A DNA stretch of 64,000 nt from an uncultured Gemmatimonadales bacterium (GCA_963716255.1 OY970303.1:5696001-5760000); one strand, 5' to 3'. Shown: positions 48,172 to 56,745, numbered from the stretch's first letter. The notes: a model not told the origin generated them from the sequence alone. Numbers and translations: made by a program.

Positions 48172-49752
48172 TTACCAGTCCGTGGGCCGGTAGTCCTTGA
48201 GAAACGCCCCCCACACGTGCCGCCCGGTGTTGACGCCGGAGATGATGGGATCCACGATGCGCGCCGCGCCGTCCACGATGTCCAGCGGGGGATGGAAGCG
48301 GTGCTCCTCGCGCTTGCGGGCCGCGATCTCCGCGGGGTCCTCGTCGGTCACCCAGCCGGTGTCCACGCTGTTCATGTGGATGCCGTCGGCGTGGTAGTCG
48401 GCCGCGGAGGTGCGCGTCATCATGTTGAGCGCGGCCTTTGCCATGTTGGTGTGCGGGTGCCGCGTGGTCTTGAACCGGCGGTAGAACTGCCCCTCCACGG
48501 CGGACACGTTGACGATGTGCTTGTCGCGCTCCGGGGTGCGCGTCATCAGCGGCTTGAGGCGCGCGCCCAGGATGAAGGGCGCCACGGCGTTCACCAGGTG
48601 CACCTCCAGCAGCTCCACCGAGGGCACCTCGGCCATCTGCATCCGCCACGAGTTGCGCTCGCGCAGGTCCACCTGCTGGAGGTCCTGGTCGAGCCGTCCC
48701 ACGGGGAAGAGCGCCTGCTGAGCCTCCATCTCCTCGGGGAGCAGCGGCACCTGCGACAGCTCCGCCGCGCGCACCAGCCCGGCCACGCCGTCGCCGGCGC
48801 CGAACCGAGCCGGAAGCGCCTCCGCCGCGCCGCCCTCGGGCAGGAGGCTGTAGCCGCGCAGCCCCTCGTACGCCCCCACCAGCCGGCGCACGTGCTCCGG
48901 CATGCCGTGCAGCGCCGCGGTCTCGTCCTCCATCATGTGCCGGTAGAACTCCGGCGGGCGCCGCACCGTCTGGCAGGCGTTGTTGACGATGAAGTCCAGC
49001 CGGTCGCGCGTGGCCAGCATCTCCCGGCAGAACGCCTCCACGCTGGGCGTGTGGCGCAGGTCCAGCCCGAAGATCTCCAGGCGGTGTCCCCACTCGGCGA
49101 AGTCGGGCTCGCGCGCGTAGCGGGCCGCCGAGTCGCGCGGAAAGCGCGTGGTGACGATGAGGTGGGCCCCGGCCCTCAGCAGCTTGATCCCGGCCTGGTA
49201 GCCGATCTTGACGCGCCCGCCGGTGAGCAGCGCCACCCGCCCGCTCAGGTCGGCCAGCTCGCCGCGCTTTGCGAAGTTGAACTCGGCGCACTCCGGGCAG
49301 AGCTGGTCGTAGAAGTGGTGCAGCGCGGTGTAGTCGCGCTTGCACACGTAGCAGTTCTGCGTTTCCACCGCCTCGCGGAACTCCGGGTCGTCCGCCACCT
49401 CGCGCTGCTCGAAGCCGGCCGGCGCGAAGAGCCGGGGCGTGGCGAAGACGGGCTCCTCCCGCAGCCTGCGGATCCCCGTTTCCTGGAGCACGCTCTCGGC
49501 GCGCTGCACGCGGGCGGCCTTGTGGTCGCGCTTGGTGGCCTTGCGCAGCCTGCGGCGGTCCACGGCGTCGGGCCGCGACACCCGCCCGGCGGCCTGGAGC
49601 AGCCGCATGCGGTCGTCCTCGGGCACGCCGGCCAGGAGCCCGCGGTCGTCGGTAATGGATTCCAGCAGCTCGGCGGCGGCCCGGACGCGCTCGGCGAGGG
49701 TGCCGCCCGCGGCGTCGCGGGGGGGTGGAGCGGGGGTGAGTTCGGTCTGCAT
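48172..49752 (-). CDS. SDR oxidoreductase with N-terminal extension and CxxC...CxxC
   Basis: CYVC...CPEC, TGGRVKIG, NNACQT, HTNMAKAALNM and VDTGWVTDE. Confidence 0.88.
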   Translation of the reverse strand: MQTELTPAPPPRDAAGGTLAERVRAAAELLESITDDRGLLAGVPEDDRMRLLQAAGRVSRPDAVDRRRLRKATKRDHKAARVQRAESVLQETGIRRLREEPVFATPRLFAPAGFEQREVADDPEFREAVETQNCYVCKRDYTALHHFYDQLCPECAEFNFAKRGELADLSGRVALLTGGRVKIGYQAGIKLLRAGAHLIVTTRFPRDSAARYAREPDFAEWGHRLEIFGLDLRHTPSVEAFCREMLATRDRLDFIVNNACQTVRRPPEFYRHMMEDETAALHGMPEHVRRLVGAYEGLRGYSLLPEGGAAEALPARFGAGDGVAGLVRAAELSQVPLLPEEMEAQQALFPVGRLDQDLQQVDLRERNSWRMQMAEVPSVELLEVHLVNAVAPFILGARLKPLMTRTPERDKHIVNVSAVEGQFYRRFKTTRHPHTNMAKAALNMMTRTSAADYHADGIHMNSVDTGWVTDEDPAEIAARKREEHRFHPPLDIVDGAARIVDPIISGVNTGRHVWGAFLKDYRPTDW

Positions 49753-49896
49753 GTGCTGCTGTGAACGGGTGTTCCAGGGATCGGAGACGGGAAATATAAC
49801 ACCGCGCCGCCGCCGGGCGGGGCGGCGGGGCGGGGACGTGGCATGCATCTGGCCCCTGGGGCACCCCTTTCCGGGAACGACTGCGAAGGGGAGCGG

Positions 49897-50787
49897 ATGC
49901 GAGGCACGACACGCTGGATGGCCGCGGGGGTGGCGGGACTCCTCGCCGCGGCGGGGTGCGGGAACGGGGGCGGCGGCCCCGATGCCGCGCCGGGGAAGCG
50001 CGCCGCGGCGGTGGCGCGGGCGCAGGCGAAGCCCGCCCCGCCGCCCGCGCTCCCGGCGACCGCCGCCGACTCGGCGGAGGTGCGGGCCCGCGCCGCCGCC
50101 CGGCGCGACTCGGTGGCGGCGGCCTTCGCGCGGGCGACGCCGCTGGGGGCGAGGGAGGTGGCGGAGCTGCGCCGGGACGTCAACGCCACGCAGATCGCCA
50201 CCGCGCGGGCGATGGGGGTGCGCGCCTCCGGCGAGGCGGAGATCGAGCGGCTGCGGCGCGAGGGGCGGCTGGTGGCGCTGGGGGACAGCACGGAGCACTG
50301 GGTGCTGCGCGGGATGGACCACTCGGTGCCCTACGTGACGCCGGACGCGCGCGCCATGCTGGTGGAGCTGGGCCGCCGCTTCCACGCGCGGCTGGACAGC
50401 CTGAGGCTGCCGCGCTACCGCATGAAGGTCACCTCCGCCATCCGCACCGACCAGACGCAGGCCGACCTGCGCCGCACCAACAGCTACGCGTCGCGCACGG
50501 TGAGCGCGCACGAGTTCGGCACCACGGTGGACGTGTCGCACGAGCGCTTCGCCGTTCCCGCGGACGCACGGCGCGCGGCGGCGGCGGGGACGCGGGCGGC
50601 GCTGGAGGGGGAGGTGGAGGAGGAGATGCTTGAGGAGGTGGGGAAGGAGAACGCGAAGGCGCTCCAGGCGGCGCTGGGGCGGGCGGTCGCCGACATGCGG
50701 GGGACCGGCGCGCTCCACGTGATGATGGAGAACCAGCAGCCGGTCTACCACATGACCGTGCGTCGGCGCTTCGCCGCGGGCAGCTGA
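49897..50787 (+). CDS. DUF5715 family lipoprotein (M15 peptidase-like fold)
   Basis: AAGC lipobox; VTSAIRT, SAHEFGTTVDV and YHMTV. Confidence 0.8.
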   Translation: MRGTTRWMAAGVAGLLAAAGCGNGGGGPDAAPGKRAAAVARAQAKPAPPPALPATAADSAEVRARAAARRDSVAAAFARATPLGAREVAELRRDVNATQIATARAMGVRASGEAEIERLRREGRLVALGDSTEHWVLRGMDHSVPYVTPDARAMLVELGRRFHARLDSLRLPRYRMKVTSAIRTDQTQADLRRTNSYASRTVSAHEFGTTVDVSHERFAVPADARRAAAAGTRAALEGEVEEEMLEEVGKENAKALQAALGRAVADMRGTGALHVMMENQQPVYHMTVRRRFAAGS

Positions 50788-50813
50788 TCCGGTCGTATCG
50801 GGGTGAAAGAACA

Positions 50814-50953
50814 GGATTCGGGCGTGCCCCCGGCTGGCGCCGGGGTCGGGCTTCGGCTCCGTAACGCACGATAAAACTGTGCGTAACGGAGTCGAGCCCC
50901 GGCGGAAACAGCCCCGCCGGGTCTCGCCCCTTCGGGCCGAAATCCCTCACGCG
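50814..50953 (+). repeat. Structured repeat family A, copy 9
   Basis: Stem ACGCACG/TGTGCGT (G-U wobble) with loop ATAAAAC. Confidence 0.9.
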
Positions 50954-50980
50954 GGGTGGGCGCTGGCGTCCGCGGCAGGC

Positions 50981-51028
50981 CCCCTCACCCCCCGGTTCCC
51001 TCTCCCCCGCAAGCGGGGGAAAGGGGGA
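50981..51028 (+). repeat. Family C palindromic repeat
   Basis: CCCCTCACCCCCCGGTTCCCTCTCCCCCGCAAGCGGGGGAAAGGGGG. Confidence 0.6.
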
Positions 51029-51098
51029 GAACCGCACGGCATCCTTGCCTCCTGCGCCTTGCTGGCGCCGCGAGGAGGCCGATCTACACGCGCCCGGG

Positions 51099-51662
51099 TC
51101 AGGCCGGGGGCGCCGCGGGCCCGGCGAGCGGAGCCGGCAGCCCGTCGATGCTGCGCGAGTTTTTTTCCGCCCGGTAGGCGGGGAGCGCGTCGCCCTTCGC
51201 CTCCGCCCAGCGCAGCAGCGTGTCCCGCTGCCCCGCCGGCTCCATGCGCGGCACCGCGAAGCCGCACGAGGTCTGCACGCGCGTGACGCGGGCCGCGATC
51301 ACCTGCCGGACGCCCGGGTACTCCGGGAAGAGCCCCCGCAGCGCGTCCCACCCGTCCGCGTCCGGCAGGACCACGCGGCCGCGGCCGTAGAGCCGCAGGA
51401 TCCTCGGCGCCCCGGTGAACGCGCAGAACATGAAGGTGATGCGCCCGTTCTCCGCCAGGTGGGCGGACGTCTCGTTGCCGCTCCCCGTCAGGTCCAGGTA
51501 GGCGACCTCGTGGGGACCCAGGACGCGCAGGCAGTCCAGCCCCTTGGGCGACAGGTTCACGTGCCCGTCCTGCGCGAGCGGCGCCGAGGCGACGAAGAAC
51601 AGCGGCTGCTCCTCGATGAACTCGCGCAGCTCGGGGGTGATGCAGTCTACGACCTTGCCCAT
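51099..51662 (-). CDS. Pyridoxamine 5'-phosphate oxidase family protein
   Basis: FFVASAP, VNLSPKG, LTGSGNET and TSCGFAVP. Confidence 0.92.
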   Translation of the reverse strand: MGKVVDCITPELREFIEEQPLFFVASAPLAQDGHVNLSPKGLDCLRVLGPHEVAYLDLTGSGNETSAHLAENGRITFMFCAFTGAPRILRLYGRGRVVLPDADGWDALRGLFPEYPGVRQVIAARVTRVQTSCGFAVPRMEPAGQRDTLLRWAEAKGDALPAYRAEKNSRSIDGLPAPLAGPAAPPA

Positions 51663-51744
51663 GCAGGATCGAAAGCGGCTGAGGTGGCGTCGGACCCGTT
51701 CACCGGGAAGGGCCGGGGCGAACGGTACGGCGACGGGGGAGCGA

Positions 51745-52368
51745 TTACAAGGCTCCGCTTCCACCGCCGAAGGCGAGCGCGACGGCGTGGTCGCGGACGT
51801 CCTCCGGCCACGCGGCCACCAGGGCGCGGAACCGCTCCCGGTCGTCCGCGAAGAGCGCGCGCGCGGCCTCCTCGAAGCCCGGCAGGTCGCCGGCGAGCGC
51901 CGATGCGAAGCGGTAGGCCGCGTCCCGCGCGGCGCGCCGCCGGTCCGCGTCGGCGCCGCCGCGGCGCGCCTCCTCCACCAGCTTCCGCAGCGCAACGGAA
52001 GCGCCGCCCGGCTGGGCGGCGAGCCATTCCCAGTGGCGCGGCAGCAGCGTCACCTCGCGGGCCACCACGCCCAGCCTGGGCCGCCCCCGCCCACGCGGCG
52101 CGGCCGGGTCCGGCCCGCCGGTCTCCCCGGCCGCGGCCCCGGGCGACAGGCGCGCCACCACCTCCGCCTCGGTCCCGCGCGTGTCCACGTCCACCACGCG
52201 GCCCGTCGCGTCGTCGAAGACCAGGAGCGGGCCGGCCGCTCCGCTCCCGGCAGCGCGCCTGACCGCCAGGGCGACGTCGCGCAGCGGGCCGGCCGCCAGG
52301 CGCCGGTGGCCGTCGAACGCCGTGCAGCGCGCCGGAGCCGGCCGCGCGGCGTCGCTCGCCGGAGGCAT
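51745..52368 (-). CDS. DUF2239 family protein
   Basis: FDDATGRVVD, GRPRLGVVAREVTLLPRHWEWL and AGDLPGFEEA. Confidence 0.9.
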   Translation of the reverse strand: MPPASDAARPAPARCTAFDGHRRLAAGPLRDVALAVRRAAGSGAAGPLLVFDDATGRVVDVDTRGTEAEVVARLSPGAAAGETGGPDPAAPRGRGRPRLGVVAREVTLLPRHWEWLAAQPGGASVALRKLVEEARRGGADADRRRAARDAAYRFASALAGDLPGFEEAARALFADDRERFRALVAAWPEDVRDHAVALAFGGGSGAL

Positions 52369-52376
52369 CGCGCGCC

Positions 52377-52739
52377 TCAGTTGCGGGGCCGCGGGCGCGG
52401 CGTGTAGCCGCGCTCGCCGAACGGCTCCAGCCGCTCCAGCCAGAGCGCCTCCAGCACGCGCAGGTCGCCCGACGGGTCGTAGTCGCTCCGCTCCGGCGGC
52501 TCGAGCGTGTCCAGCACCTCGAAGGCGAACGCGTCGGGCCCCAGCGCGTTCCAGTCGCGCTGCAGCTCCGCGTTCCGGTGCACGCCAAGCCGGAGCTGCG
52601 CGAGCTGCCGGTTCAGGATTGCCGGCAGGTCCACGGACCGACCGATGAGCGACCGGCCGTCGGTGGTGTTGCGCACCCGGTAGACGCCCATGGGGCGGGG
52701 GGTGTCCCTGTACGCTCGGGTCAGCTCTCTGCGGTTCAT
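52377..52739 (-). CDS. GIY-YIG nuclease-like small protein
   Basis: MGVYRVRN...LIGRS...HRNAELQRDW...FEVL. Confidence 0.8.
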   Translation of the reverse strand: MNRRELTRAYRDTPRPMGVYRVRNTTDGRSLIGRSVDLPAILNRQLAQLRLGVHRNAELQRDWNALGPDAFAFEVLDTLEPPERSDYDPSGDLRVLEALWLERLEPFGERGYTPRPRPRN

Positions 52740-52766
52740 CGCGGGCTCCGGTTCGGGTCGGCGCAA

Positions 52767-52812
52767 ATTATACCCGGGCGAAACTAGCGCGTCAATATCA
52801 CCCGGGTAAAAT
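52767..52812 (-). promoter_or_regulatory. Sigma-70 promoter with overlapping ACCCGGG(T) palindromic operators
   Basis: Minus strand reads TTGACG-N17-TATAAT; operators at 52768-52783 and 52796-52811. Confidence 0.8.
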
Positions 52813-52921
52813 TACACCCGCTCCACGGACCCGCGGGCGCAGCGGCCGGGCCGCCCGTCCCGGCGACGCCGGCCGGGCCTTTCGCATGCCGCGCCCGGAC
52901 CCGCCGTTCGATTCGTCGAGA

Positions 52922-53707
52922 TCACCGTTCGCCCCGGACACGCAGCTCGGTGGCCAGGGCGCGGCGCAGACGCCCCGTCTCTCCGCGCAGCCGCCGGAGG
53001 TGCGTGATGCGGTTGAGGTTGGCGACCTGCATGGCAAAGAACACCGCCTGCGCGTCCGGATCGCTCCGCAGCCCGGCGAAGTCGACGTCCCGGAGCCGCG
53101 GCGAGGAATCGTCGAACACCATTCCGCGCAGAAAGGGCATGGGGCGGGCGATCCGGTCGGGCTCGCCCGCGGACTGCTCCAGGAACAGCCTGAGCATGGC
53201 CTGCTCGTGCTCCAGGGAGGCCGCGTAGGAAACGAGCAGGGCGCGCAGGCTGTCGCTGCGGATGAGGCGGAGGTCGCCCGCCATCAGCAGGGCGCCGTAG
53301 CTGCCGGTGAGCGGCTGGAAGTCGGAGGACGCGAACGCTTCGCCGCGGAACCGGGCCGCCAGCGTGTCCGGCGCGGGGAGCGGCGCGCTCCCGAACAGCG
53401 TGCCGGCGAGGCGGCCCAGCGAGGCCCCGGCCATGCTGTCGACCGCGACCGCCGCGTCCAGCCTGCGCTCGTTCTCGCGCGTGTCCTCGAAGAGCTGGCG
53501 CAGGTAGTCCTGCTCGCGCCGGCGCTCCTCGCTCGCCTGCCACCACGACTGCGCCGCGAGCGCGCAGAGCACGCCGGCCACGATGATCGCGAACTCCCGC
53601 AGCGCCGCCCGCCATCCCCTCGCGAGGCGCTCCCAGCGCGCGGAGCCACGGGGACCCGGCGCCGCCTCTTCTCCCCCGGGCGCTTCCGGAACGGCCGATG
53701 GCTCCAT
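52922..53707 (-). CDS. Hypothetical single-TM helical protein
   Basis: EFAIIVAGVLCALAAQSWW followed by a coiled coil; YGALLMAGDLRLI. Confidence 0.75.
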   Translation of the reverse strand: MEPSAVPEAPGGEEAAPGPRGSARWERLARGWRAALREFAIIVAGVLCALAAQSWWQASEERRREQDYLRQLFEDTRENERRLDAAVAVDSMAGASLGRLAGTLFGSAPLPAPDTLAARFRGEAFASSDFQPLTGSYGALLMAGDLRLIRSDSLRALLVSYAASLEHEQAMLRLFLEQSAGEPDRIARPMPFLRGMVFDDSSPRLRDVDFAGLRSDPDAQAVFFAMQVANLNRITHLRRLRGETGRLRRALATELRVRGER

Positions 53708-53766
53708 GGGTCGACGGGGTCGGGGCGAAGGGGCGGGGCAGCGGGGGAGAGCCGGCTCCTCGGGGG

Positions 53767-54036
53767 CTACCGGTCCTTCTGGCGCTCGTCGAGCAGCGAA
53801 TCCGTGAACGTCACCTTTTCCTCCGTGCGCGCAAGCTTCGCCTCCAGCTCCTCCAGCCGCCGCCGCGCGGCGTCGAACTCCGCCGACAGCTGCGGGGTGG
53901 CCGCCGGAGTCGCGGGGCGGTCCGCGCCCGCCCCGCGCGTCTGGGAGCGGATGAGCAGCACGACCACCGCGACGGGGATGCCGACGAGGACCGCGAGGAT
54001 GAGGACGGTTCCGACGATGCCGAGACCGAAGGGCAT
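53767..54036 (-). CDS. Small membrane-anchored coiled-coil protein
   Basis: N-terminal TM; RLEELEAKLARTEEKVTFTDSLL. Confidence 0.7.
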   Translation of the reverse strand: MPFGLGIVGTVLILAVLVGIPVAVVVLLIRSQTRGAGADRPATPAATPQLSAEFDAARRRLEELEAKLARTEEKVTFTDSLLDERQKDR

Positions 54037-54166
54037 GGGATGCAGCTCCAGGTGATGGATTACGGTCGGGCGAGGGCGCGAGCGCACCGCCCCGGATGCA
54101 TTCCGGCTCCGCGGCGAGCCCGCGGATCTCCAGTACACACCGGCGGCGGCGCGGGTTTCCGGGACG

Positions 54167-54796
54167 CTACCTGAACAGGCTCGACAGCCGGCTCCGGATC
54201 CCGCCCTTCTCGTAGGTGCCCATCAGCTCCGCCTGCGCGAGGACGTGGCCCAGCATCGCCCTCTCGAGCTCCGCCTTGGTGGGGGATTCCAGCGAAGGCA
54301 GCACCGTGTCGAGCGCGTACAGCTTGTGGAAGTAGCGGTGCCGGCCCACCGGAGGGCACGGCCCCCCGTAGCTGGCACGTTGCCAGTCGTTCAGCCCCTG
54401 CCGGGTCCCCGGAGGCAGCGCCCCGCCGCCGGCACCCTCCGGCAGGCTCGTGGCGGTGACGGGGAGGTCGTAGAGCACCCAGTGGACCCAGGTCGTCCTG
54501 GGGTTCCGCGGGTCGGGCGCGTCGGGATCGTCCACGATCAGCGCCAGGCTCCGCGCGCCGTCGGGCACCCCGCTCCACGCCAGCGGTGGCGAGACGTCCT
54601 TTCCCTCGCAGGTATGCCGGGGCGGGATGGAGCCGCCCGGCTGGAAGGCGGCGGAGGTGAGCGTCAGGGCCATGGAGTCCTCCCGGGGTCCGGGGCGAGA
54701 ATCCGCGCAGCCCGACAGCGCGAGCAGGAGCAGCGCGCCGGCGGCCGTCCCCCTACGATACGCGGATCCCCGCTCTTCCGACACCTCCGCGCTCAC
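54167..54796 (-). CDS. YbhB/YbcL family PEBP protein
   Basis: DDPDAP, WVHW and GPCPPVGRHRY; GTG at 54796 gives an LSGC lipobox; alternative ATG at 54673. Confidence 0.88.
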   Translation of the reverse strand: MSAEVSEERGSAYRRGTAAGALLLLALSGCADSRPGPREDSMALTLTSAAFQPGGSIPPRHTCEGKDVSPPLAWSGVPDGARSLALIVDDPDAPDPRNPRTTWVHWVLYDLPVTATSLPEGAGGGALPPGTRQGLNDWQRASYGGPCPPVGRHRYFHKLYALDTVLPSLESPTKAELERAMLGHVLAQAELMGTYEKGGIRSRLSSLFR

Positions 54797-55332
54797 GGGT
54801 GGCTCCCTCCCCCGGGGCGCTTCCCCTTGCGCGTGGCGAAGGTGCGGCGCGCGGGATCCCACACGAACGGTCGCCACTCGCCCGCGCGCGAGCGGAAGAC
54901 CAGCGCCTCGTACGTGGGCTTCTTCCGCAGCGAGAACACCAGGTAGAAGTACCGGTGGTCCCGCTCCAGCACGAAGGTGAGCGGGTGGCCCCCTTCCTCG
55001 TGGCACAGGACGTGGCGCACCGCGAAGCGGGCCGCGCCCGTCGGCGGAAGGTCCGGGTAGTCGAAGTAGCCGCGCGTGCGCATGGAGCGCCGCGCGAACA
55101 GGAACCCCTCCGAAGCGCCGGCAACCTGCACGCTGTCCGCCCGCTCGACGCCGGCGCCGCACTCGATCCAGCGGCTGGGCGCGAAGTGTGGCGTTTCCGG
55201 ACCCACCGAGTCGGCCTCGGCGACCAGCCGGTACCAGGGATCCGCCTGCGCCGGGGCGGCGGCGGCGTCCAGCGCCAGGAACAGGGCGGCGGCTCCGAGC
55301 CCCACGGGCCGGAGGTGAATGTGTCGTGTCAT
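54793..55332 (-). CDS. Secreted hypothetical protein
   Basis: Signal peptide ending AQA-D; coupled to the downstream gene. Confidence 0.6.
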   Translation of the reverse strand: MTRHIHLRPVGLGAAALFLALDAAAAPAQADPWYRLVAEADSVGPETPHFAPSRWIECGAGVERADSVQVAGASEGFLFARRSMRTRGYFDYPDLPPTGAARFAVRHVLCHEEGGHPLTFVLERDHRYFYLVFSLRKKPTYEALVFRSRAGEWRPFVWDPARRTFATRKGKRPGGGSHP

Positions 55333-55630
55333 GGAAGAGCCGGCGTGAGGACGGGGGACCCGCCTGCAGGTAGCACCCGCGCGGACCCCCCGGCAAGATC
55401 CGCCGGCCCGGCCAACCGGCAAAAACGGGCACCTCCCCCACGGCACAATCTGCCGCACAGCGCCTTTTGCCGTCCGCGGAAAATCCTTCCTGAAATCCAT
55501 AAATAGCTGGTGTGCTTACGGTTGGAGAGTGGAGGGCGGGCGTGCCCCGCGCGGTATGCGGCCTGCCTTTACATGGGCCTGCAAACCACGCGGCCCCCGC
55601 CCCAACATCCCTCCACCGGAGATCGGAACC

Positions 55631-56398
55631 ATGACCACGACGAAGGCGCTCAGGAACACTCGGGTGAGTGGAGACCTCGTCGAGCGCGAGCGGCTCCTCA
55701 CCGAGCACCTGGGCCTGGTGCACCACGTGGCCCGGCAGGTGTCCCGCACCCTCACGGTGGACGTGGACTTCGACGAGCTGGTATCGGCGGGGACCATGGG
55801 GCTGATGAACGCCCTGGACAACTTCGACGCCTCGCGCGGGCTGGCGTTCAGCACCTTCGCCGCGCCGCGCATCCGAGGCTCCATCCTGGACGAGCTGCGG
55901 CGGCAGGACCACGTGTCCCGCTCCGTGCGCCGCAAGACGCGCGAGATCGGCGCCGCGCGCGAGTCGCTCATGCGCGTCCTGAAGCGCGCCCCCGAGGACC
56001 GCGAGGTGGCGGAGCACATGGGCGTGGACGTGGAGACGTTCTGGCGCTGGAGCAGCGAAGTGGAGGGCACCGTGCACGTGCCGCTGGACGAGCGCTCCGG
56101 CGGCGACGACCGCGAGGGGCGCGCGCTCGCCCCGGCCGAATTCCTCGCCGGGGAAACGCACCGCGATATCGAGGACCGGCTGAACCTGGGCGAGGAGGTG
56201 GAGATCCTGCGCGACGCCATCCTGCGCCTCAAGGAGCAGGAGCGCATCGTCCTCACCCTGTACTACTACGAGGAGCTCAAGCTGCACGAGATCGCCGCCA
56301 TCCTGGAGCTGACCGAGTCGCGCGTGTCGCAGGTGCGCTCCAAGGCGCTCGCCCGCCTGCGCGCCGAGATGGCGCCGCTGCGGGAAATGGTGGCGTGA
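55631..56398 (+). CDS. fliA: RNA polymerase sigma-28 factor (FliA/WhiG)
   Basis: DELVSAGTMGL, FSTFAAPRIRGSILDELR and LYYYEELKLHEIAAILELTESRVSQ. Confidence 0.93.
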   Translation: MTTTKALRNTRVSGDLVERERLLTEHLGLVHHVARQVSRTLTVDVDFDELVSAGTMGLMNALDNFDASRGLAFSTFAAPRIRGSILDELRRQDHVSRSVRRKTREIGAARESLMRVLKRAPEDREVAEHMGVDVETFWRWSSEVEGTVHVPLDERSGGDDREGRALAPAEFLAGETHRDIEDRLNLGEEVEILRDAILRLKEQERIVLTLYYYEELKLHEIAAILELTESRVSQVRSKALARLRAEMAPLREMVA

Positions 56399-56571
56399 TG
56401 GCGGGAATGCGCACGGTGGTGCTGGACGCGCTGCCGCGCCTGGGCGGCGAGGCCGTGCCGGTGCCGCTCGTGGCGATGGCCGCGGTGCTGGTGGCGTCGC
56501 TGCTGGTGGGGTTCTACCTGTCTCGTGCTGTGGTCGACGCTCCGGAGGGCGGGGAACGGGCTTCGGGCTGA
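56398..56571 (+). CDS. Small single-TM protein coupled to fliA
   Basis: TGATG overlap; one hydrophobic helix. Confidence 0.55.
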   Translation: MAGMRTVVLDALPRLGGEAVPVPLVAMAAVLVASLLVGFYLSRAVVDAPEGGERASG

Positions 56572-56575
56572 TTCG

Positions 56576-56736
56576 GCGGGGCCGCTCCGGAGCCGGACGA
56601 TACTGCCGTCCGTCTCCTGCGCGGGCTCCGGGAGCCTCGCCAAACAGCCGGCGAGTCTCCCTGCGCCGGAGGGAGCCAGCCGAAACTGCCCGGCTGTCTC
56701 CCTCCGCAACGGATCATGGGGGTACTGCGGAACTGC
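56576..56736 (+). repeat. Triple-hairpin repeat family B, copy 3
   Basis: Three GAGCC-stem-loop-stem-GTCTC hairpins with loops ATACTGC, AAACAGCC and AAACTGCC. Confidence 0.85.
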
Positions 56737-56745
56737 AACGGCGAA

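Noticed and set aside
6272..50953. Family A or B repeats as a CRISPR array or integron attC sites
   Set aside because: Copies are dispersed in both orientations, not a repeat-spacer array; variable parts are self-complementary stems; no cas gene or integrase is present and no RYYYAAC/GTTRRRY ends are evident.
52377..52739. GIY-YIG gene as a homing endonuclease or as the mobiliser of the repeats
   Set aside because: It is a short stand-alone domain in an ordinary operon, with no intron and no flanking repeat copies.
55441..55456. Sigma-54 promoter before fliA (also TGGCAC at 3251)
   Set aside because: The GG to GC spacing does not fit the -24/-12 consensus.
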